NCBI GenBank assembly: GCA_944381235.1
Contig: CALWKI010000042.1
Location: forward strand, 1-51,552
Direction of reading: 5' to 3'
From: an uncultured Clostridia bacterium
Lineage (GTDB): Bacteria > Bacillota > Clostridia > Christensenellales > UBA1242
Length of the DNA stretch: 51,552 nt
Positions 31,038 to 41,785 of the stretch are shown here, one piece after another. A model generated the notes under the pieces. That model had not been told where the DNA came from. It did not search any database and saw nothing but the letters and a program-made list of their open reading frames with translations. Each line of letters starts with the position of its first letter. The first letter of the stretch is position 1. The position numbers and the translations under genes are program-made.

Positions 31038-32351
31038 TTAAAATTTAAGCCCTCGCAAATTTCCGCCTTTGACACGCTTCATCATAGTTTTACTTTGCTC
31101 AAAACTCTTTAAAAGCCTATTAACATCTTGAATTTGTGTTCCACTTCCATTTGCTATTCTTTTTTTCTGCCCCGCTTTTATAAGGTCAGGATTTCTCCTT
31201 TCGCGAACAGTCATACTTTGAATAATTGCCTTGTTTCTTTGAAGTTCCTTCTCGTCGACTTGCATACCTTTCATTTTGTTACTCATGCCTGGGATCATAT
31301 TAATAATGTCATTTATGTTTCCCATTTTGCTTATCTTCTCCATTTGCGACAAGTAGTCTTCAAAAGTAAAACTGCTTTCTCTAAACTTTTTTTCAAGTTT
31401 TTTAGCCTCTTCCTCGCTAACTGCACTTTGTGCCTTCTCAATTAATGTCAAAACATCTCCCATACCAAGAATACGAGAAGCCATTCTATCCGGATAAAAA
31501 GGTTCAATGTCACCGAGTTTTTCCCCTGTACCGCAAAACTTAATTGGCTTTTTAACAACCTCACTTATGCTAAGTGCCGCACCACCTCTTGTATCACCAT
31601 CAAGTTTTGTGAGAATTACACCAGTAAGGTCTAAATTCTCGTCAAAAGTTTTTGCAACATTAACTGATTCTTGCCCATTCATTGAATCGACAACGAGAAG
31701 TATCTCAATAGGTTTAACCGCATTTTTTATTCTAACAAGTTCGTCCATCAATTCCTTATCAATACTTAGCCTTCCCGCAGTATCAATTATAACCGTGTCG
31801 TAAAGTTTCTTATTAGCCTCGTCTATTGCCTGTTTGCAAGTTTTAACTACGTCTTGCTTTCCCTTTTCAAAAACCTCAACATTTGCATTTTTCCCCACAA
31901 CTTTAAGCTGCTCAATAGCCGCCGGTCTATATATATCACACCCGACTAGCATTGGGCGTTTGCCTTGACTTTTAAGAGTCATTGCAAGTTTTCCACACAT
32001 AGTCGTCTTACCACTTCCTTGAAGTCCGCAAAGCATAATTACTGTTGGAGGCGCGCTTGACACCGCCAGTTTGCTATTTTGCCCGCCCATAAGGGATACA
32101 AGTTCGTCATTGACTATCTTAATTACTTGCTGCCCAGGAGTAAGACTGTTTAAAACCTCTTGTCCAACTGCCTTTTCACTAACTCTTTTTATGAAATCCT
32201 TTGCAACAATATAATTTACGTCTGCCTCAAGAAGTGCCACACGAATTTCACGCATTGCGTCCCTTATTTCAAGTTCAGTAAGCCTTCCACGCTTAGTTAA
32301 ATGTGAAAAAATATGATTTAGTCTAAGAGACAAATTAGAAAACATTCCCAT
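31038..32351 (-). CDS. ffh: Signal recognition particle protein Ffh
   Basis: GLQGSGKTT, DTAGR, TKLDGDTRGG, M-domain IIQSMT. Confidence 0.98.
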   Translation of the reverse strand: MGMFSNLSLRLNHIFSHLTKRGRLTELEIRDAMREIRVALLEADVNYIVAKDFIKRVSEKAVGQEVLNSLTPGQQVIKIVNDELVSLMGGQNSKLAVSSAPPTVIMLCGLQGSGKTTMCGKLAMTLKSQGKRPMLVGCDIYRPAAIEQLKVVGKNANVEVFEKGKQDVVKTCKQAIDEANKKLYDTVIIDTAGRLSIDKELMDELVRIKNAVKPIEILLVVDSMNGQESVNVAKTFDENLDLTGVILTKLDGDTRGGAALSISEVVKKPIKFCGTGEKLGDIEPFYPDRMASRILGMGDVLTLIEKAQSAVSEEEAKKLEKKFRESSFTFEDYLSQMEKISKMGNINDIINMIPGMSNKMKGMQVDEKELQRNKAIIQSMTVRERRNPDLIKAGQKKRIANGSGTQIQDVNRLLKSFEQSKTMMKRVKGGNLRGLKF

Positions 32352-32352
32352 A

Positions 32353-32685
32353 CTACATTACCTCCAGTACCTCATTTAATTCTCGCTTGATTTGACTTTT
32401 TTGAGCATCTATTTCAAGTAAAGATATACTTTTTTCTACCTTTTCCCTAATTTTCTCGAATTTCTTAAGTAGTCCAAGTTTTTTTTCATACTCCTCTAAG
32501 ATACCCGTCGTCCTTTTAATAAGGTCATTAATCGCCTGACGAGAAGTTTTGTAAAGAGAGCCCAGTTCACTAATTGATATATTCCTATAAACAAAATCAC
32601 TCATAACGCTCTTTTGCTTTTCTGTCAAAAGAGGTGAATAAAAATCAAATAGTAAACTTAATCTTAAACTTTCTTCTAGTTTCAT
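32353..32685 (-). CDS. ylxM: YlxM/UPF0122 HTH protein
   Basis: LFDFYSPLLTEKQ, SRQAINDLIKR; directly upstream of ffh. Confidence 0.92.
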   Translation of the reverse strand: MKLEESLRLSLLFDFYSPLLTEKQKSVMSDFVYRNISISELGSLYKTSRQAINDLIKRTTGILEEYEKKLGLLKKFEKIREKVEKSISLLEIDAQKSQIKRELNEVLEVM

Positions 32686-32701
32686 ATCCTCTCACAAAAA
32701 A

Positions 32702-32759
32702 ATATGTAAAGTAAATTTACTTTACATATAAAGTATATCTATTTTCTCCCTCTTGTCAA
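32702..32759 (-). promoter_or_regulatory. ylxM-ffh promoter with perfect 28-bp palindrome (candidate operator)
   Basis: Minus-strand TTGACA (32759-32754), 16 nt, TATACT (32737-32732), then ATATGTAAAGTAAATTTACTTTACATAT (32702-32729). Confidence 0.6.
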
Positions 32760-32962
32760 GGGTTTTTATAAAATTTTTTAAATTGCCACAACCTACTTTT
32801 TAAACTAAAAAAATTAAAATATTTTTATAAATATTTTTCAATTTTTTAGAAAAAACTATCTAAAATCTTTTGACTTAGCATATATAGCGTAAAAAGTAAA
32901 TGGTTTTCTATAAATAATAAGCCAGCATAATTAAATTATAAATGTCTTATTAATTTCCTATA

Positions 32963-33859
32963 TTACAAAATCCCGTCGACGAATTTCTTAGCGTCGAATT
33001 CTTCGAGATCGTCCATTTGTTCACCAACACCAATAAAATAGACTGGAGTATTAAGTTCTTTAATAATAGGAAAAACAATTCCGCCCTTACTTGTCCCGTC
33101 AAGTTTAGTTAAAATTATACCATCAATACCAATCGCGTCTTTAAACGCGTTAATTTGAACAAGCGAGTTTTGCCCAATGGTCGCATCAAGCACTATAAAA
33201 TTAAATTTTTTTGCATCAGCCCATTCTCTATCTTCTATTCTATTTATTTTTCTTAGTTCTTCCATAAGGTTAACTTTTGTGTGCAGTCTACCCGCAGTAT
33301 CTACAATTAAAACGTCAGTTTTCTTTGCTTTCGCGCTTTGTATGCCATCATATACAACTGCACCTGGGTCAGCCCCTTCTGCATGCTTAATAATTTTAAC
33401 ATCTGCTCTTTTACCCCATTCAGAAAGTTGTTCGGTAGCAGCCGCCCTAAACGTATCCCCTGCAACCAAAGACACGCTTTTCTTTTTGGTTTTAAAAAAA
33501 TGCGCAAGTTTACCTATAGTTGTCGTCTTTCCAACCCCGTTTACACCTACTATTGTAATAATCATAGGATACTCAAACTCTTCTTTATTTGAACTTTCTA
33601 ATTCCTCGACTAAAATATCTTTTAATTCTTCCCTCGCGCGTTCTTGCTTAACAATATGTTTTTCTCTAAGTCTATCTCTTAGTTTTGCAATAATATCTTC
33701 GGAAGTCTCAACTCCCATATCACTACTAACAAGAGCGAACTCCAAATCTTCATAAAATTCCGCGTCAATATCTCCACCACGAAAAACCGCATTAAGTTTT
33801 GTAATAAGCGCGTCTTTTGTCTTTTTTAATCCATTTTTTATCTTTGAAAAAAATCCCAT
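32963..33859 (-). CDS. ftsY: SRP receptor FtsY
   Basis: GVNGVGKTTTIGKLA, DTFRAAA, DTAGRL, TKLDGTSKGG. Confidence 0.98.
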   Translation of the reverse strand: MGFFSKIKNGLKKTKDALITKLNAVFRGGDIDAEFYEDLEFALVSSDMGVETSEDIIAKLRDRLREKHIVKQERAREELKDILVEELESSNKEEFEYPMIITIVGVNGVGKTTTIGKLAHFFKTKKKSVSLVAGDTFRAAATEQLSEWGKRADVKIIKHAEGADPGAVVYDGIQSAKAKKTDVLIVDTAGRLHTKVNLMEELRKINRIEDREWADAKKFNFIVLDATIGQNSLVQINAFKDAIGIDGIILTKLDGTSKGGIVFPIIKELNTPVYFIGVGEQMDDLEEFDAKKFVDGIL

Positions 33860-33956
33860 TTTTGTTTTCCTTAAATATTCATAACTAGATTATGTTCAAT
33901 TATTATAATCATAATTTAAGGTTATTCTTAACTAAATATTTAAAAATTAACCTTTT

Positions 33957-36900
33957 TTAACTTATTTTTTTATCCTTATCTTTTTTGTCTTCTGAAATTT
34001 TTATAGCATCTTCAAGTTTAACTGAGACAATCTTGCTAACGCCTGGCTCTTCCATTGTAACACCATAGAGTGAATCGGTTAACATCATAGTTGGCTTACG
34101 GTGAGTAATAACAATAAACTGAGTGTCTTTTGAGAAATTTTTTAAATACTGCGCAAACCTTGAAACGTTTGTGTCATCAAGTGCCGCCTCAATTTCGTCA
34201 AGCAAGCAGAAAGGCATTGGTCTTAGTCTAAGAATAGCAAATAAAATTGCAATCGCAGTAAGAGCCTTTTCCCCACCACTAAGTAAAGTTATACTTTGAA
34301 GTTTCTTCCCAGGTGGTTCGGCAATGATCTCAACACCCGCTTGAAGAGGGTCCTCACTTTCAGTAAGAAGCAGTTTTGCATTACCCCCACCAAAAAGTTC
34401 CCTAAAGGTCTTTGAAAAGTTTTCTTGAATTTTTTCAAATGCCTCATCAAAACGAGTTATCATTTCAGTTGCTAAATCTTTAATGATTTTCTCTAAGTCT
34501 TCTTTTGCGACTGTTAGATCGTGTGCCTGCGCACTTAACGCCTCATATCTTTCCATAAGTTCCTTACAATCTTCAATCGCATTAACATTAATATTCCCTA
34601 GTTTTGAAATTTCTTTTTTCAGCCTACTTATCTCAATAAGCCCCTCTTTTACGTCGAAATTCTCTATTTTTAGTGGCAAGCACGACGCATAAGTAAGTTC
34701 ATAATCTTCAAAAATTTTCTCTTGCATCGCCTCAATATCCGTGTCAACTTTGCTCAGTGCCGCTGTTTGTTGATACTTCTTTTCTTGTATAAGACTAAGT
34801 TCATTCATACTCTTTGCTTTTTCATCGTCAAGCCTATGAATTTCTTGTTGCAAAATTTGTTTTGACGCGTCGAGTTCTTTAAGTTTTCTTCTCTCGTTTT
34901 CAATTTTTGTTCTAAGTTCAGTATCGTCAACGCTGTCTAGTTTTTCCTCAACTAAATCACGTGCAAGTTTTAAATTTTCATTTACTTTACTCAGATTATT
35001 CTCTAATTCTATTAAAGTAAAGTTACTCTTTTTAATATACTCGTCAAGACGCGCTATCTCACTACTTATATTTGAAAGTTCTCCCTCAAGCGCGGTCTTT
35101 TTAACCTTTAATTCTGTCATTTCATTTTGAAGTGAATCTCTTTCGCCTCTCAAACTTGAAAATAGTTTTTGAGTGCTTTCTAATCTTTCTGAGCCTTCAA
35201 TTTCAACATCTTTATTCTCACCACTTTTTAAAAGTGCTTTATTAATAACTTCAATCTTTGTACTAAAATCAATTTTTTCTTGACTTAAAGTTATTCTTTC
35301 CTTATTAAGTTCATCAACATAAATGCTAAGTTGCTCGTAATTTTGAGTTTGTTTTGCACTTTCAACTTGTGCAACAACAAGTTTTTGTTGTAAATCTTCA
35401 TTTTCCGCTGTCAAGATTTTTAAATTATTATCAAGAGTTTCTTTCTTTTTCTTTAACTCTTTTGCCAAACCTTCGTACTTTAGTATTTGCGTACCCAAAT
35501 TTTCAATTTCATTGTCTCTCATAAGAAGATTTGACGTGACCGCCTTCTTACTACCACCGCTAATTGAACCTTGTGGGTTGATAACTTCACCCTCAAGCGT
35601 GACAATTCTAAAAGAATACCCTGCTTGTCTAGCAAGACTTATCGCGTCATCGGTTGTATTTACTACAACAGTTCTACCAAGTAAACTTTCAAAAACACTC
35701 CTTAATTTAACATCATAACTAACAACACTTGAGGCAACTCCATAAGTTTTATTTCGTCTTACAATACTTTGCTCTGCTTCACTAAGAAGTCTTACTTTCA
35801 TTGACGTTATAGGAAGGAAAGTTGCTCTTCCAAAATTGTTTCTTTTCAAGTAGTTGATTAAATACTTTGCGTCCTCTTCGTTCTTTGTAATAATATCCTG
35901 TACTGCGCCACCAAGAGCCACCTCAATCGCTGTTTCAAAACCCTTAGGGATAGTCATAACAGACGCCACAATACCAACAATCTTTGATCTAAGTTCACTA
36001 TTATTTTTTGCGTCTCCCATAAGACGTTTTACCGAATAGTTAAACCCGTCATAGTCCCTTTGCATATCTTCCAAAACTTTCTTTCTGTTTTGCAAAATTT
36101 GGATGCTCGAAGAGCACTGCGTAAGTTTATCATTATTTTGTCTTTGCTCAAGTTCAATTAAGTTTATCCTTTCTTGAGACTTCTTAACCTCAGTTTGAAG
36201 TTTTATATAATTGTTTTCTGCCTCATTTGCAGTTCTTTTTGCAAGTTCTAAACCATTTTCTTTTTCTTTTATTCTTTCTTGGAGCCCATATATCTTTTCG
36301 TCAAGGTCAGTAATATTATTAAGATAAGCGTCACGTTCCGCTTTAAGTGCTGACAAGTTGGACTTAATGTCAGTCATTTTACTAAGTTCGCTTATCATTT
36401 CTTTTTGTCTACGAGTAGCCTCATCTTCAGCACCAGTTAGTTCGTCAACAATTTTTAGATATTTTTCAGTACAATTTGAAAGATTAAAATTTACTTCGTT
36501 TAATTCTTTTTCTTTCTCCTCACGCAAAATTTCTGCGTCTTTTATTAACTTTAAGGAATTTTCCTTATTTAAAAGTTCTTTTTGATAGTCTGCCTCAATA
36601 GTTTCCTTATCATCATTTAAAAACTTAAGTCTTTCTTTTACAACATTTGTTTCCCCAGTTCGCTTTTCAAGTTCAACAGTTGTAGACAAGATATTATCAT
36701 TAACGTCTTGAATTTTTTTATCAATTTGAGAAACCTCAAGCATTTTTGAGTCATAAGACGAGTTTAGCGTGTCAAGGTCTTTTTGCTTAATTTCAATTTC
36801 TTCATTATACCCGTCAATTTTAGTCTGAATTTCATTTTTAACAGTACTTGCATTGTCATATTGATTAACATAAACATTAACCTCGAGACTTTTAAGTTGC

Positions 36901-37559
36901 TCTTTATATCCTAAATACAATTTTGCATTTTCAGATTGTCTTTTTAAAGGACCAAGTTGCCTTTCTTGTTCAGCCAGGACGTCGAGTGCGCGATTTAAAT
37001 TTTCTTGCGTTCTATCAAGTTTCCTTTCTGCTTCGGTTTTTCTTTGCTTAAACTTTGCAATTCCTGCCGCCTCTTCAAAAATTGCACGTCTATTCTCTGG
37101 TTTTGCGCTAATAATTTCCTCGACCTTACCTTGTCCAATTATTGAGTACCCCTCTTTACCAATACCAGAGTCGTGAAGTGCGTTTGTTATGTCTTTTAAT
37201 CTACAAGGAGTTCCATTTATTAAATACTCACTTTCACCCGACCTATAAAGTTTTCTTGTAAAAGCAACTTCGTCAAAATTAAGATCAAACATACGGCTTG
37301 TATTATCAAAAAAGAGAGACACCTCACAATAAGACATACTCTTTCGTCTTTCAGTCCCATTAAAAATAACATCTTGCATATTACTGCTACGTAAAAGTTT
37401 AGTGCTCTGTTCACCAAGCACCCAACGAATAGCATCAGATACATTAGACTTTCCGCAACCATTAGGTCCAACTATACCTGTAATACCAGAATCAAATTTA
37501 ATTTCTAGTTTGTCCGCAAACGACTTAAAACCAACAAGTTCTATCTTTTTAAAATTCAA
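33957..37559 (-). CDS. smc: Chromosome partition protein Smc
   Basis: GPNGCGKSN, hinge GRATFLP, LSGGE, LLDEIEAALD; long coiled coils. Confidence 0.98.
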   Translation of the reverse strand: MNFKKIELVGFKSFADKLEIKFDSGITGIVGPNGCGKSNVSDAIRWVLGEQSTKLLRSSNMQDVIFNGTERRKSMSYCEVSLFFDNTSRMFDLNFDEVAFTRKLYRSGESEYLINGTPCRLKDITNALHDSGIGKEGYSIIGQGKVEEIISAKPENRRAIFEEAAGIAKFKQRKTEAERKLDRTQENLNRALDVLAEQERQLGPLKRQSENAKLYLGYKEQLKSLEVNVYVNQYDNASTVKNEIQTKIDGYNEEIEIKQKDLDTLNSSYDSKMLEVSQIDKKIQDVNDNILSTTVELEKRTGETNVVKERLKFLNDDKETIEADYQKELLNKENSLKLIKDAEILREEKEKELNEVNFNLSNCTEKYLKIVDELTGAEDEATRRQKEMISELSKMTDIKSNLSALKAERDAYLNNITDLDEKIYGLQERIKEKENGLELAKRTANEAENNYIKLQTEVKKSQERINLIELEQRQNNDKLTQCSSSIQILQNRKKVLEDMQRDYDGFNYSVKRLMGDAKNNSELRSKIVGIVASVMTIPKGFETAIEVALGGAVQDIITKNEEDAKYLINYLKRNNFGRATFLPITSMKVRLLSEAEQSIVRRNKTYGVASSVVSYDVKLRSVFESLLGRTVVVNTTDDAISLARQAGYSFRIVTLEGEVINPQGSISGGSKKAVTSNLLMRDNEIENLGTQILKYEGLAKELKKKKETLDNNLKILTAENEDLQQKLVVAQVESAKQTQNYEQLSIYVDELNKERITLSQEKIDFSTKIEVINKALLKSGENKDVEIEGSERLESTQKLFSSLRGERDSLQNEMTELKVKKTALEGELSNISSEIARLDEYIKKSNFTLIELENNLSKVNENLKLARDLVEEKLDSVDDTELRTKIENERRKLKELDASKQILQQEIHRLDDEKAKSMNELSLIQEKKYQQTAALSKVDTDIEAMQEKIFEDYELTYASCLPLKIENFDVKEGLIEISRLKKEISKLGNINVNAIEDCKELMERYEALSAQAHDLTVAKEDLEKIIKDLATEMITRFDEAFEKIQENFSKTFRELFGGGNAKLLLTESEDPLQAGVEIIAEPPGKKLQSITLLSGGEKALTAIAILFAILRLRPMPFCLLDEIEAALDDTNVSRFAQYLKNFSKDTQFIVITHRKPTMMLTDSLYGVTMEEPGVSKIVSVKLEDAIKISEDKKDKDKKIS

Positions 37560-37573
37560 CTTTCTCTTTTCCT

Positions 37574-38254
37574 TTAACCTAAAATTTTATCAAGTACCTT
37601 ACTATCACTAAGGGCTAATTTTGCACATTCTATTTGAGCGACCTTTTTACTTTTAGCGTACGCCCTTGCAACAAAAACATCGTTTATGTAAACCTCTGCA
37701 CAAAACCTTCCCTTTTCAAGTGGGTCCTCATAAGTAAAGTAAACTAAATTTGAGCCTTTTTTCGACTGAATTTTCTCCTGTAAGAGAGTTTTATAGTCAA
37801 CGTCATTTTTCTTAAAGACGCTTGCCACATCAATAAACCTAGTAACAAAGCGCCTTGCCTTATCAATACTACTGTCAATATAAATTGCCCCAGTTATACT
37901 TTCAAATAAGTCTTCCTTAACAGATTTAAGGTCGCCTATATTTTTGATCGAATCACCAACTAAAATATATTTTGCTAAGCCAAGGTTATCTATAATATAA
38001 GATAAGTTTTCGCTATTTACTAGTCTCGCACGCCACTTAGTTAACTTTCCCTCTTCGTCCTGGCTAAGTTTAAATAACTCGTCTGCTACAATAAAGTTTA
38101 GTATTGAATCTCCTAAAAACTCTAACCTTTCGTAACTTTCAATCGAGTGTTGATTAGCATAGGACGAATGTGTAAAAGCAGTTTTTAATTTTTCTTTATC
38201 CTTAAAAGAATAGTGGATAATCTTTTCTATTCTTTTATAATCAAACTGGTTCAT
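37574..38254 (-). CDS. rnc: Ribonuclease III
   Basis: ERLEFLGDS, DLFESITGAIYID, dsRBD DYKTLLQE. Confidence 0.97.
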   Translation of the reverse strand: MNQFDYKRIEKIIHYSFKDKEKLKTAFTHSSYANQHSIESYERLEFLGDSILNFIVADELFKLSQDEEGKLTKWRARLVNSENLSYIIDNLGLAKYILVGDSIKNIGDLKSVKEDLFESITGAIYIDSSIDKARRFVTRFIDVASVFKKNDVDYKTLLQEKIQSKKGSNLVYFTYEDPLEKGRFCAEVYINDVFVARAYAKSKKVAQIECAKLALSDSKVLDKILG

Positions 38255-39263
38255 CTAAACTATCCCCCAATTTCTTTACCTCTTCTTCAATCTTTTTACA
38301 TAAATCATGTTTTGCAAGAGTCATTACTTGTAAAATTGCCTTTTCAAAAGCAAGCGCATCGGACGCACCATGCCCTTTAACAACTAATTTTTTAACTCCT
38401 AAAAATGCCGCCCCACCATAGTTACTTATGTTAAATGTCTCTTTCATCTTATTAAAAGTACCTTTCATAAATAAAGCGCCAATTTTACTTATGAAAGACT
38501 CTTTTATATTTTTCTTAAGTTCCGACATAACAAATTTAACTGCACCTTCAACACTCTTAAGTAATATATTCCCATCAAAACCATCGGCAACAACAATATC
38601 ATAATTCCCACTCAAAAAGTCTTTTGCCTCCATATTCCCAACAAAATTTATAGGAAGTTTTTTAAGAAGTTCAAAACACTGATGTGAAAATTCATTTCCT
38701 TTTTTATCTTCCGTCCCGATATTAAGTAGCCCCACCCTTGGATCCTCAATATTTAAAAACTCCTTTGCATAAATAGACGCCATAATGGCAAAATGACAAA
38801 GGTTTATAGGTTTACAATCAGTATTTGCACCTGAATCAATTAGTAAAACCTTGCCACCAGTTTTTGTTGGCAACATCGGACAAAGCGCAGGACGAGATAT
38901 TCCCCTTATCCTACCTATTTTCATAAATGCACCAGTAAGAACTGCCCCAGTACTTCCGCAAGACACAAGACCTACAACATCTTTATCTTCCTTAAGTTTT
39001 TCAAACGCACGCACAAGACTAGAGTCTTTTTTCTTTCTCACCGCTTCAGTTGGAGATTCTTCGTTAGTTATAATTTGACTCGCAGGTAAAATTTCAATCC
39101 TCTTTTCATCATAGTCAAGCAGTGACAATATATGCTTTATCTCCTCCTCGACCCCTACAAGTACTATGCTTATATCTTCATGTTCGTTAACGACTTTGAC
39201 ACTAGCCTCAACTGCAATTTTAGCCCCTTTATCGTTACCATGACAATCAACTACTATTTTCAT
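38241..39263 (-). CDS. plsX: Phosphate acyltransferase PlsX
   Basis: VRKKKDSS, GSTGA, IDSGAN, LLNIGTE, KGHG. Confidence 0.96.
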   Translation of the reverse strand: MKIVVDCHGNDKGAKIAVEASVKVVNEHEDISIVLVGVEEEIKHILSLLDYDEKRIEILPASQIITNEESPTEAVRKKKDSSLVRAFEKLKEDKDVVGLVSCGSTGAVLTGAFMKIGRIRGISRPALCPMLPTKTGGKVLLIDSGANTDCKPINLCHFAIMASIYAKEFLNIEDPRVGLLNIGTEDKKGNEFSHQCFELLKKLPINFVGNMEAKDFLSGNYDIVVADGFDGNILLKSVEGAVKFVMSELKKNIKESFISKIGALFMKGTFNKMKETFNISNYGGAAFLGVKKLVVKGHGASDALAFEKAILQVMTLAKHDLCKKIEEEVKKLGDSLDEPV

Positions 39264-39566
39264 AAATCACCTCAAAAAATTATAATAATATTTAGTTTTT
39301 ACTAGAGGTCTAGCCTTAACTAAATTTTTAACTAATAATAAACAAAATTATTTGTAAATTAAAACACAACTAAAATTATAAAAAATAATTTAAAAAAAGT
39401 ATTTAATCAACTTTCAGTTAAATTATTTATCTTTAAATTACTTTTTATAATTTGCACTGCAAGTTTATTATACATATTTTTTAAGATAATTTCAAATAAA
39501 AAAAGCAATATATTCAAATTTTATACTGCTTTTTAAATTCAATTTAGTATTATTTTATTAAAAATT

Positions 39567-40853
39567 TCACTTGTCAAACAAATTTAAATAAAGTTGTTCA
39601 ATAGATAAGTCAAAATCTTCTTCTTTAATCCCAATTATCACACTTATATCGCTAGTACTTTTTGTTATAAATAAAATCTCAAAATTAATTTTAGAAAGAG
39701 CATCAAAAACTTTATCTTGCCAAATTTTATACTCGTTAAAACAACTATCAAATATTGTCACTAACGCCACTTTTTGAGTACTTACTTTAACACCTATATT
39801 ACAATTAATCTTATCTATTTTATCTTCTAGATTGTCACCAAGATTTACCACAAAAGAAATGCTATCAATCCCTTCAATTATCTTTTGAATTTTACAAGGA
39901 ATACTTTCTATAAAATTTTTCAAATCTTCTATTTTGCCTCTACTTTGAGCTATTAAATCACCTTCAAAATTTATAAGTAAATAGCCTTTTTTGCCTGTAA
40001 TCGAACGCGCATAAGGTTTTGGCTCATTTGACACCATCGTACCGGGGTCTAACAAGTTGAAAGTATTTCTTATATTTAAAACTATATTATTTGATTCAAG
40101 AAAATCACTGCAATCAGGATGCAAAACCCCTGCTCCAAGGCTTGACATTTTTCGCATCTCACTAAAACTAAGACGCCTTAAAAGTTTTGCTTTCTTACAT
40201 TTATTTGGATCGACATCATAAACACCGTCCACGTCAGTAAAATTCTCGTAGACACTACTATCTGATAAAACTGCAATAATTGCTCCAGTTAAGTCTGACC
40301 CTCCACGTGAAAATGTTTTTATATTTCCAGTTGTGTCTATACCGTAAAACCCGGGAATTACATATCTTACATCCTCGTCTATTATCTTGTTAAACATCTT
40401 TTTTGACAAAGACAGGTCAACTTTTCCGTCTTTATCAAAAAAAATAATGTCTTTTGCGTCTAAAAACTTAAAACCAAGATAACACGACGCAATTTTGGCG
40501 TTTAAAAATTCACCTCTAGATAAAACGTAATCATAACTCGTATGTAATTTTATTTCTCTGTTTATTTCATCTAAATATGGTTTTAAGTCAAGATTTATAT
40601 TTAGATCTTTTACTAGTCCCACAAACCTATCCACTATCAAACCAAATTCTTTTTCATAGTTTTCATTTTTACTTGATAAACTAAAACAATCAATCAAAAG
40701 ATCAGTTATTTTTTTGTCCTCTTTATACCTTTTCCCCGGAGCTGACACAACGACAAAACGCCTATTTTTATCCTTTAATATATCCGCCACCGTTTGAAAC
40801 GCACTTGCATCGGCTAGTGAAGAGCCACCAAATTTACATACAATACTATTCAT
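39567..40853 (-). CDS. Aspartate kinase
   Basis: KFGGSSLAD, VVVSAPGKR, TFSRGGSDLTG, TDVDG; start placed at the ATG 40853. Confidence 0.93.
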   Translation of the reverse strand: MNSIVCKFGGSSLADASAFQTVADILKDKNRRFVVVSAPGKRYKEDKKITDLLIDCFSLSSKNENYEKEFGLIVDRFVGLVKDLNINLDLKPYLDEINREIKLHTSYDYVLSRGEFLNAKIASCYLGFKFLDAKDIIFFDKDGKVDLSLSKKMFNKIIDEDVRYVIPGFYGIDTTGNIKTFSRGGSDLTGAIIAVLSDSSVYENFTDVDGVYDVDPNKCKKAKLLRRLSFSEMRKMSSLGAGVLHPDCSDFLESNNIVLNIRNTFNLLDPGTMVSNEPKPYARSITGKKGYLLINFEGDLIAQSRGKIEDLKNFIESIPCKIQKIIEGIDSISFVVNLGDNLEDKIDKINCNIGVKVSTQKVALVTIFDSCFNEYKIWQDKVFDALSKINFEILFITKSTSDISVIIGIKEEDFDLSIEQLYLNLFDK

Positions 40854-40893
40854 CCTTACCTCTTTTTTTTGTCTAAAAGTACTATATGCGCTG

Positions 40894-41649
40894 TTACTCA
40901 AAAAGGTTTTTCATAGAATAAAGCCCCGGTTTTTTATTTACTAAAAATTTTAATACCTTTAGTGCCCCCTCTCCAAAGACCTCACGGGACAAAGCCGTAT
41001 GAGTTATAGTTAAAATTTCATTATTTCCTAAAAACTGTACAGTATGTTCACCTCTCACCCCGCCACCTCGAATAGAATGTACACCAATTTCTCTTGAGTC
41101 TCTTACCCCTTCTCGCCCCCTACCAAGATTAATAATCGCATTTGGTCTTGTTTTCTTTAGTTCTTTTAGTATCATTGAAGCACTACCACTTGGCACATCA
41201 ATTTTTTTGTTGTGATGAGTTTCAACCACCTCTATGTCATAATTATCTAATCTTTTTGACGCAAAATGCGTGAGTTCTAACATTGTTTGCATACCCAAAC
41301 TAAAATTACCAGACTTAAAAATTGGAATAACTAAACTTGCACGCTCTATTTCTTTTTCTTGAATAAGGTTATGTCCAGTTGAAGCAATAACTAGTGGTTT
41401 ATGATTTTTAACGCAATAGTTTAGTATCGGAATTAATGCGTCTGCTCGCGAAAAATCAAGCACAATGTCACAGTCTTTTATACTAAAAATGTTGTCTGTC
41501 AACTTGACTCCCTCTACTTCATTTTGTACTCTAGCAATTTTAGAACTTTTATCCACCCCATATTTTATATCTATATCACTATCATTTTTTGCTAAATTAT
41601 AGACAACTTGTCCCATTTTTCCACAGAACCCATTTAACGCTACCTTCAA
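40894..41649 (-). CDS. dapB: 4-hydroxy-tetrahydrodipicolinate reductase
   Basis: GFCGKMG, ETHHNKKIDVPSG, HSIRGG. Confidence 0.96.
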   Translation of the reverse strand: MKVALNGFCGKMGQVVYNLAKNDSDIDIKYGVDKSSKIARVQNEVEGVKLTDNIFSIKDCDIVLDFSRADALIPILNYCVKNHKPLVIASTGHNLIQEKEIERASLVIPIFKSGNFSLGMQTMLELTHFASKRLDNYDIEVVETHHNKKIDVPSGSASMILKELKKTRPNAIINLGRGREGVRDSREIGVHSIRGGGVRGEHTVQFLGNNEILTITHTALSREVFGEGALKVLKFLVNKKPGLYSMKNLFE

Positions 41650-41785
41650 CTTTTCCTCCTTTATGCTTGTCTAAAAAATACCACTAAGTAAACTCTTCTT
41701 AAAAGTTTACAGAAGAGTTTACCTTTTTCAATTAAAAGATTTAAATTGCTTAGTCACCAATAGTTTGTTCTGACTACTTAATCTT

